64,000 nt of DNA from Candidatus Saccharimonadota bacterium (GTDB taxonomy: Bacteria > Patescibacteriota > Saccharimonadia > Saccharimonadales > JACDBH01), in NCBI GenBank assembly GCA_028289135.1, contig JAQGGW010000001.1:12018-76017 (forward strand). Reading direction: 5' to 3'. Below, in pieces: positions 57,577 through 64,000 of this stretch (positions are counted from its first letter, which is position 1; each line of letters starts with the position of its first letter). Made by a program: the position numbers and the translations under genes. A model generated the notes under the pieces. It worked only from the letters and a program-made list of their open reading frames with translations, did no database searches and was not told the origin of the DNA.

Positions 57577-59541
57577 TTATTTCCAGAGTTGGAAGTTTTT
57601 GGTTAATTCTTTGGCCTGTTCATTGTCCGCAAAGAAGCTGACACCGAAGAATTCAGTTTCGGAAGCTGTCTTGTTCTTAAGGCTTTCTACAATTTCGGCG
57701 TCATTGGTAGTATCCTGCATTTCCTTGATAAACACATGATATATAAGCCCGAGTTCTTGGGCTTTTCGCTGGAGCTTATGCAAGTCTTTTTCGTCGCCGC
57801 GCATGATGATTATTGGATACTGGCTGTTACGCGGCAGTTCAACACCGTCGCTCCCGACGAAGTAATCACCACTTGTTAAAGACTGCTTTGGAATTTTGCT
57901 GCCAATGATCGCTTCCATATGCGCGACCGCATTAACAACGCGCCATGGCTCGAGGTCTTTGCGCACAACTGCGATAATCTTTTTGCTAAAGTCTTGTTTG
58001 CGCTCTTTTACGCTTGCAGTGGCTTCTTCTTTGCCGTCTGCAAATACTTCCGGATAAATGGCTTTGGTAACGTTGTCATATTCTGTCTTAAGCTGTGGGA
58101 ATGGAACGCCTTCACGCGCCGTTACACCTTCAAAAATCCAAAATACCCGCTCGCTAAAGCCTAGGCCGCAGGTTGGCGGCATGCCGTATTCCAGCATTTC
58201 GACATAATCAATATCAAGCATCATGGCTTCGTCATCGCCGGCGTCACGCATGTTTTGCTGTTCTTGGAATCTGTTGAGTTGGTCGACTGGGTCGTTCAGC
58301 TCGCTAAATAAATTGCACAGTTCGCTTCCGGCAATCACAGCCTGGGCGCGTTGGGTAAAATTAGGATCTTCGTCGTTTGATTTGCTTAGCGGCGATATAA
58401 AAGCTGGTGTGTTAATAAGCCACACTGGCCCCACCACGTCTTTGCGGATGTTTTTCCAAAGTTTATCGATCCCGCGCGGAATATTTTCGGCCTTTTCGAC
58501 TTCTAGTTTGTGCTTTTTAAGCTCAGCCTGGATCTGCTCGATTGTGCAGTTAAAAATATCAATGCCATAGTTGTCTTTGATAACCGTGGCATAGTCCCAC
58601 TGCTCCCACTTTTTGGTCATATCAACTTCTTTGCCGCCGACTTTAAAATGCAGCGTGCCAAATGTTTTTTCTAAAATTGTGCGGAACATGTCTTCCATCA
58701 GCGCCATACCATCTTGCCAGTCGGCATAGGCCCAGTACCACTCCATAGCCACGTGCTCTGGCAAGTGTTCGTCGGAGTAATTTTCGTTCCTAAAGCGCGG
58801 GCCAACATCGTAGACCTTTTCAAACCCTGCGCCGATAAGTCTTTTGAGCGGTAATTCATGCGAAATACGAAGGTAAAAATCTTGATCCAGCGCGTCCATG
58901 TGCGTAACAAATGGGTTGGCGTCTGCTCCGCCGGTTGTGTGTTCTAAAACAGGGATATTAACTTCCAAAAAGCCGTTGTCGTTCATAAAATCACGCGTGG
59001 CCTGCCAAAACTTCGTACGGCGCACAAAACGCTGCCTTACGCCTGGATTTACATTCATGTCGACATAACGCCGGCGCATACGCTGCTCAATATCTGTAAA
59101 GCCGTCGATCGCACTCGGCATTGGCCGGAGTGATTTAGTGAGTAACCGCATTTTTTCGACATCAACCGAAATTTCACCGGTTTTTGTCTTGATGACCTTG
59201 CCCTTGCATTCTACAAAATCGCCGGTGTCCAAAAGCGCGATGTTTTCTATGCTAACTTCGCTATTTTTAACATCTGGTTTGCTTTCGGCGGTCCGCCAAA
59301 ACAGCTGCACGTCGGCGCCATCATCACGGATAACCACAAATGCCAGTTTGCCAAATTTACGGATTGAAACGATGCGCCCCACCACGCTGACCTGCTTGTT
59401 TTCAAGCTCATCAAAATCGGCAATAATCTGCGCGTTTTTATGTGTGCGCGTACTCTTGGCCGGGTATGGATTTAGCCCTAGTTTTTTAAGCTCTTCGAGC
59501 TTGCGCAAGCGTTCGTTCCTAAAGTCTTGAAGTGTAGCCAT
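57577..59541 (-). CDS. lysS: lysyl-tRNA synthetase (class II) with C-terminal DUF2000-like fusion
   Basis: OB fold, RRRYVD, GGADANPF, FRNE, YGMPP; extra approx. 135-aa tail. Confidence 0.93.
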   Translation of the reverse strand: MATLQDFRNERLRKLEELKKLGLNPYPAKSTRTHKNAQIIADFDELENKQVSVVGRIVSIRKFGKLAFVVIRDDGADVQLFWRTAESKPDVKNSEVSIENIALLDTGDFVECKGKVIKTKTGEISVDVEKMRLLTKSLRPMPSAIDGFTDIEQRMRRRYVDMNVNPGVRQRFVRRTKFWQATRDFMNDNGFLEVNIPVLEHTTGGADANPFVTHMDALDQDFYLRISHELPLKRLIGAGFEKVYDVGPRFRNENYSDEHLPEHVAMEWYWAYADWQDGMALMEDMFRTILEKTFGTLHFKVGGKEVDMTKKWEQWDYATVIKDNYGIDIFNCTIEQIQAELKKHKLEVEKAENIPRGIDKLWKNIRKDVVGPVWLINTPAFISPLSKSNDEDPNFTQRAQAVIAGSELCNLFSELNDPVDQLNRFQEQQNMRDAGDDEAMMLDIDYVEMLEYGMPPTCGLGFSERVFWIFEGVTAREGVPFPQLKTEYDNVTKAIYPEVFADGKEEATASVKERKQDFSKKIIAVVRKDLEPWRVVNAVAHMEAIIGSKIPKQSLTSGDYFVGSDGVELPRNSQYPIIIMRGDEKDLHKLQRKAQELGLIYHVFIKEMQDTTNDAEIVESLKNKTASETEFFGVSFFADNEQAKELTKNFQLWK

Positions 59542-59609
59542 GATTTCCCTTAAGTTTACAGTATTTCGTCGCTATAGCGAAGGCCTGCTTGAGCAGGGCT
59601 TTTGCTTCC

Positions 59610-59843
59610 TTAGCGCAGCAGTTGAGTTGGTGACGGGTGATAGCTTGGGGGCAGCGGCCCAATGAATAGCCAGGCGGGCAGCGTCCTACCCCCTACCTCT
59701 GGGGCTTCCGGTTTAAAATAAGTTAGTCCTTGGCAAACTATTCCCCCCACTGCTGCTGCAGTACTTTCAATTTTACTACTAGCTTCTGCTGCGATTTCTA
59801 TACCACCTTCTTGTTGCTGAATTTGTTCTTGTACTGCACTCAT
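59610..59843 (-). CDS. small hypothetical protein
   Basis: 77-aa ORF with SD AAAGGAG, downstream of an attenuator, followed by a hairpin. Confidence 0.55.
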   Translation of the reverse strand: MSAVQEQIQQQEGGIEIAAEASSKIESTAAAVGGIVCQGLTYFKPEAPEVGGRTLPAWLFIGPLPPSYHPSPTQLLR

Positions 59844-59871
59844 TTTCTTGTCTCCTTTAAAATATTGTTTG

Positions 59872-59905
59872 AAAAATAAAAATCCCCCGGACGACTGCCG
59901 GGGGT
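59872..59905 (-). terminator. attenuator terminator
   Basis: CCCCCGG-CAGTCGT-CCGGGGG followed by a U-rich tract. Confidence 0.75.
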
Positions 59906-59935
59906 GTAATTTCTTTTTTGGTAAATAAAAATACG

Positions 59936-59998
59936 CTAGGCAGCCGCCGAGAGATTGGTATCCTTATTATTCTTGGTTGTTTGTGCAAAATATTTCAT
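59936..59998 (-). CDS. leader peptide MKYFAQTTKNNKDTNLSAAA
   Basis: Short ORF after TAGAAT; its 3' end is complementary to the terminator; in-frame upstream ATG at 60004. Confidence 0.55.
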   Translation of the reverse strand: MKYFAQTTKNNKDTNLSAAA

Positions 59999-60045
59999 AA
60001 CCATGGGTATTCTAGCACTACATTTTTAAAAATCAAATATTATTT

Positions 60046-60795
60046 TTACTGAATTTCGCGCGCCCCGCCCCAAATTGTCTGGAACTGGGCCATAAACAGA
60101 TTAACGGCCGTCTTGTTGTCGGTGACAATACTTATCCTGTTTTCGGTGTTTTCGGGATCACTAAAGGATAACAATAAGATTTTGCGGTCAAAGATCATCA
60201 AGTGAAACCCACGTTCACTGGGCGCGTGCCGCACTTTTACGCCCGCGTGTTGCCATTTGTTAATGATGTAGTAATTTTCGGCCTTAAACTGCTGGACGGC
60301 GTGACGGATAGAAACCCCGCGCTTGATGGCTGCTTTCTGCGTGGCATAAAGCGACTTGCTGAACGCGATGCCGATGGCATACAGCACAATTTCCTGCTTA
60401 GCTTGTGCGGCTAGCTCTTCATAGCGGGTATACATTTCCTGGCGTCCGACAACCAGCTCAATGTGTTCGCCTGGTTGCTGAGAGGTAGTCAGTGTCCCGA
60501 CAAGCTCCTGCAAAGATTTCTGATGCAGGTTAAGCGATGATTTTATACCAAGCGGCAAAGGATAAGCTTCATAGCGCATCGGTCGCCCGCTCAACTTATG
60601 AATTAAACCCAAGTCCTCCAGCTCATACGCCAAGCGGTAGTTGGCCGATGGAAAGTTTTGCAGCTTGTCGGCCAGCTGGCTCATGGTTTGCGGTTTTGAT
60701 TTAAGCAAGTGCTGGTACATCTCGGCTGCGTCATTGCTAACGCCAATGGACTTTAGATATTTCTCAACGTGCTTCGTTTCATTACTTTCAATCAC
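60046..60795 (-). CDS. TrmB-family transcriptional regulator
   Basis: N-terminal wHTH (YRL..ELEDLGLI...GRPMRY); C-terminal effector domain (RGVSIR, MIFDRK). Confidence 0.8.
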   Translation of the reverse strand: MIESNETKHVEKYLKSIGVSNDAAEMYQHLLKSKPQTMSQLADKLQNFPSANYRLAYELEDLGLIHKLSGRPMRYEAYPLPLGIKSSLNLHQKSLQELVGTLTTSQQPGEHIELVVGRQEMYTRYEELAAQAKQEIVLYAIGIAFSKSLYATQKAAIKRGVSIRHAVQQFKAENYYIINKWQHAGVKVRHAPSERGFHLMIFDRKILLLSFSDPENTENRISIVTDNKTAVNLFMAQFQTIWGGAREIQ

Positions 60796-60908
60796 ACCCC
60801 CATTTTAACATTATTTTGTTAAAAGATACAATAAAACTATTTATGTTTATTTGCAATACTCTTATGATTAATGGTGGCAATCAGTTGAGGTTGCAATAAG
60901 GAGTTATT

Positions 60909-61295
60909 GTGAGTAGATATGAATCACCGCTCCCCTTTGGGCGCGTTAAGGACCAAAATATACAGTTAATGGAGTTCTGCCCGGACCCCGATGGATCAGT
61001 CTATAGGTGGTTTCGATCGACCAACTTAACTATACCTTTGCAAGGTCTTGTGCAAGTTGGAGAAGTTACCCGCCAAACAAACGGATCTTGTTATAAGGTC
61101 GGTGAATTTTATAGTCCCTTTGCAGATATGCTGTTTGACGCACTTAGGGAAGCACCTGGAAACGCTACTCTTGCTGCATTTAAAAGAGGCGGCGGCGTAG
61201 GGACAAGAACCTTTACTGAGATTGCTATCGCAAGCTTTTACGCTCCTGCGACCACATTAACTACAGCCCAAGCAACGGAGTCTTTAAATGAGTAG
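60909..61295 (+). CDS. hypothetical protein (paralog of next gene)
   Basis: SD AAGGAG; shares PFG...EF...WFR...LQ.L with 61288-61653. Confidence 0.7.
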   Translation: MSRYESPLPFGRVKDQNIQLMEFCPDPDGSVYRWFRSTNLTIPLQGLVQVGEVTRQTNGSCYKVGEFYSPFADMLFDALREAPGNATLAAFKRGGGVGTRTFTEIAIASFYAPATTLTTAQATESLNE

Positions 61296-61653
61296 ATTAG
61301 ATGTTTCTATCCCTTTTGGAATAATAGAGGAAGATAGGATAGACCTTTTCGAGTTTTTTACGGAAAGTACCGATATTGGCAACGGCAAAAAGTTTTATCG
61401 CCCTTGGTTCAGACCCAACGGTGAAAGTTTATTCTTACAAGAGCTAGAACTCGTACCCATTAGACAAGAAACCCGGACAAGTGGCGGTTGGTCTGTTTTG
61501 GGAAGCGGTACATTTAGGGACTTGCATGACATGTTAGAACATCCCACTCCTGGCAGCGAATTAGCAACATTTGCTACACATAATGAATACGTCGGTAAGT
61601 TCGTGATTGAGGCTGTGAACGTGTTGTATTTTGGTAAACCAACAAACAACTAG
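61288..61653 (+). CDS. hypothetical protein (paralog of previous gene)
   Basis: SD GGAG; 8-nt overlap; colinear similarity. Confidence 0.7.
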   Translation: MSRLDVSIPFGIIEEDRIDLFEFFTESTDIGNGKKFYRPWFRPNGESLFLQELELVPIRQETRTSGGWSVLGSGTFRDLHDMLEHPTPGSELATFATHNEYVGKFVIEAVNVLYFGKPTNN

Positions 61654-62111
61654 CTAATGTCGACGATTTTGTAAGTGGTGGTGTCGGCTGGCGTGTGGAT
61701 TTCGACTTCTTCGCCTTCTTTTTTGCCAAGCAAGGCTTTGCCGATTGGTGATTCGTCGGAGATCTTGTGGTTTAGTGGGTCGGCTTCAACAGTTCCAACT
61801 ACTTGGAATTCTTTGGTCGCGCCGTCGGCGCTTTTTAGCTTAACGGTGGAGCCGAGCTGGACTTTGCTGTCGCCTTTTGGCGCTTTGATGATTTCGGAGT
61901 TTTGCAGTATGTTTTCGATTTCTTCGATGCGAGATTCTTGGCGGCCCTGCTCTTCTTTGGCTTCGTGGTATTCGGCGTTTTCGGCCAAGTCACCCTGAGA
62001 GCGGGCGGTGGCAATGGCTTCGGCAAGTTCGGTACGGCGGCCTATTAGCGCGGCTAGTTCAGCCTCTAATTCTGCGTGCCCCTCTTTGGTCAAATGAAAT
62101 TGTTTCTTCAT
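61650..62111 (-). CDS. greA: transcription elongation factor GreA
   Basis: GDLAENAEY, ISDESPIGKALLG. Confidence 0.96.
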   Translation of the reverse strand: MKKQFHLTKEGHAELEAELAALIGRRTELAEAIATARSQGDLAENAEYHEAKEEQGRQESRIEEIENILQNSEIIKAPKGDSKVQLGSTVKLKSADGATKEFQVVGTVEADPLNHKISDESPIGKALLGKKEGEEVEIHTPADTTTYKIVDIS

Positions 62112-62194
62112 GTTTATCCCCTTATATACCTATCAAAAGACTGAAAAAAAATACTGGCTCATTAGTGATTGCCAGATTAATTACAGTATACCAA

Positions 62195-63454
62195 CTAAAC
62201 TGCTGAATCCTGCAATAGTTTTTTAAAATCCTCTGTTGTAATTAAATCTGTCTCTGATGCGGTGCGGCCTTTTACCTCTATTTTTCCCTGTTCCAGCGTC
62301 TTGTTGCTGACCACAATCCTGTATGGCATACCAAGCAGGTCGGCATCGGCAAACTTCTCGCCCGGGCGGACATCACGGTCATCATAAAGCACGCTTATGC
62401 CACTTGTCTGTAAGTCTTCGTACAAATCATTAGCGGCCTTAACAACAGCTTCGTCTTGGCCCAAAACAGCTAGATAGACTTTGTACGGCGCGATATTTAC
62501 TGGCCAGACAAGGCCTTTTTCGTCACCCAAAAGTTCGGTAATAACGCCGACCAGACGGGATGGCCCAATGCCGTAGCAACCCATCAAGACATTTTGGTCT
62601 TTGTCGTTTTCGTCTACGAATGTTAAGCCGAGTGGCTTAGAATATTTATCCTTTAGAGTGAAGATGTTCCCCACTTCAGCGGCTTTGACTTCTTCGAGAT
62701 CTTCCCGTTTGATGTTAAGGCTTTTTAATACCTCGTCGTCGAGAACCTCTTCGTTTACGGCAATCTTCTGCTTACGGTCGAGGTAAATTATATCTTCGCC
62801 GGCATCACAAACCGTTTGGAATTCGTGACTGTATTTGCTGAACATACCACCGCTCGCGAAGGTAATGAAAGTTTGATCGCCAATTCCCAGGCGCGTGTAG
62901 ACCTTAAAATAGGCCTGCTTGATCTTTTCGTAAAGCTCTTCGTGCTCGGCTTCGGTTCGGGCAAAACTGTAAAGGTCTTTCATCAAAAACTCACGCCCGC
63001 GCATTACGCCGCTCTTAGCACGGACTTCATTCCTAAACTTAGTCTGGATTTGGTACGCCAGGAATGGCAAATCTTTGTATGAGTTTACATATGGCTTAAC
63101 AGCGCGCACCAAAGGCTCTTCATGGGTTGGAGCCAAGCCAAGTTCGGTGTCATTTTTTAGCTTTGTCTTGAACCAAACATCGACTTTTTCGTCGTCCCAG
63201 CGGTCCGTAGCTTTCCAAATTTCGGCATCCTGAAGCGCTGTGAGTTTCATTTCCTGGCCGCCAATGGCATTCATTTCTTCGCGGATTACCTGGTTAATGT
63301 TCTCAAGTACTTTTAGTCCTAGTGGCAGAAAAGTATAAACACCGGCCATTTCTTTATGTACATAACCCGCTCTAATTAGGAGCTGGGCGTTCTTGCTCAC
63401 TTCGTCGGCTGGGGCTTCTTTCTGGGTTTTGGTAAAAAGTTGTGAAGCTTTCAT
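62195..63454 (-). CDS. proS: prolyl-tRNA synthetase (short form, no editing insertion)
   Basis: LAPTHEE, FRNE.R...GVMRGREFLMKD, EVGNIF, MGCYGIG. Confidence 0.95.
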   Translation of the reverse strand: MKASQLFTKTQKEAPADEVSKNAQLLIRAGYVHKEMAGVYTFLPLGLKVLENINQVIREEMNAIGGQEMKLTALQDAEIWKATDRWDDEKVDVWFKTKLKNDTELGLAPTHEEPLVRAVKPYVNSYKDLPFLAYQIQTKFRNEVRAKSGVMRGREFLMKDLYSFARTEAEHEELYEKIKQAYFKVYTRLGIGDQTFITFASGGMFSKYSHEFQTVCDAGEDIIYLDRKQKIAVNEEVLDDEVLKSLNIKREDLEEVKAAEVGNIFTLKDKYSKPLGLTFVDENDKDQNVLMGCYGIGPSRLVGVITELLGDEKGLVWPVNIAPYKVYLAVLGQDEAVVKAANDLYEDLQTSGISVLYDDRDVRPGEKFADADLLGMPYRIVVSNKTLEQGKIEVKGRTASETDLITTEDFKKLLQDSAV

Positions 63455-63524
63455 AATTTGTCTCGTTTCTATCTATTAAATCGTATTGTTATGCATAACG
63501 TGAAAAGTGCGTGAAAAGTATAAA

Positions 63525-63572
63525 TTACCGCACGGGCGGCATAGTTTGCACAACAAAACGTATCGTATTCAT
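63525..63572 (-). CDS. proS leader peptide MNTIRFVVQTMPPVR
   Basis: ATG 6 nt after TACAAT; tandem CCG CCC codons; ends 70 nt before proS. Confidence 0.6.
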   Translation of the reverse strand: MNTIRFVVQTMPPVR

Positions 63573-63611
63573 GCGGCTATTGTACCCTGCTTGGCCTTCT
63601 CTGTAAAACCC

Positions 63612-64000
63612 CTAAAAACGAGTGTGAAACAAAGCCACGAAGGCGACGCCGTTTTTTAGCGCGTGCAGGTAGATCCCGGGCCAGAGGCTGCCGGACTTTT
63701 CGCGCAGCGTACACAGCACGCATGATAGCGTAAAGGTGTCGAGCGCGGCGACCCAGAGCAAAGGCGCCCCACTGCCAAACTGAAGGTGCGCGATGCCAAA
63801 CAAAATACTGGTTAAAATGACAGCGTAGCGGAGGCGGAACTTTTGGCGGAAGGAAGTAAATAAATATCCTCTAAACATTATCTCCTCGGCAATCGGCGGG
63901 AGGATGACAAGAGACGCAAAAACGTAGTAAAGCTGCTTGCCGCTTGCACCGTCGAAGCCAATCTTTTGTGATTGGTCGACGTTGAGCGCCGTAAAATGGC
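63612..64000 (-). CDS. CPBP/CAAX (Abi) family intramembrane metalloprotease, 3' part
   Basis: AEEIMFRG, FGIAH, SLWPGIYLHALKN. Confidence 0.9.
   Translation of the reverse strand, partial: HFTALNVDQSQKIGFDGASGKQLYYVFASLVILPPIAEEIMFRGYLFTSFRQKFRLRYAVILTSILFGIAHLQFGSGAPLLWVAALDTFTLSCVLCTLREKSGSLWPGIYLHALKNGVAFVALFHTRF

Overview
Bacterial chromosomal window, inferred to be Candidatus Saccharibacteria (TM7, Patescibacteria/CPR) from compact gene content, the short MraZ N-terminus, alpha2-type GlyRS and short ProRS. Most genes are on the minus strand. Housekeeping core: mraZ (partial), rnhA, glyQS, recO, xseAB, rpmA, pyrG, ctpA, CHAP hydrolase-ftsX-ftsE, prfB, secA, hpf, serS, rsmE, msrA, lysS, greA, proS. 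Between these are AT-richer orphan genes, two toxin-antitoxin-like pairs, a solo KwaB-like gene and a SipW/TasA-like pair. No tRNA, rRNA, CRISPR array, transposase or integrase was seen. The most unusual signal is non-coding: at least eight long (about 105-250 nt) palindromic intergenic elements in several families, one showing compensatory base changes between its two copies. One element fills the ftsE-ftsX junction and carries a 55-codon ORF with ATGA overlaps at both ends, apparently preserving translational coupling; two others show similar bridging ORFs. Also notable: a His->Glu/Asp->Glu pseudo two-component pair coupled to recO, a LysRS-DUF2000-like fusion, leader peptides upstream of proS and of the lysS region, and pervasive leaderless promoter architecture. 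All family calls come from motif recognition by eye, not database searches. Some starts were adjusted relative to the ORF track.
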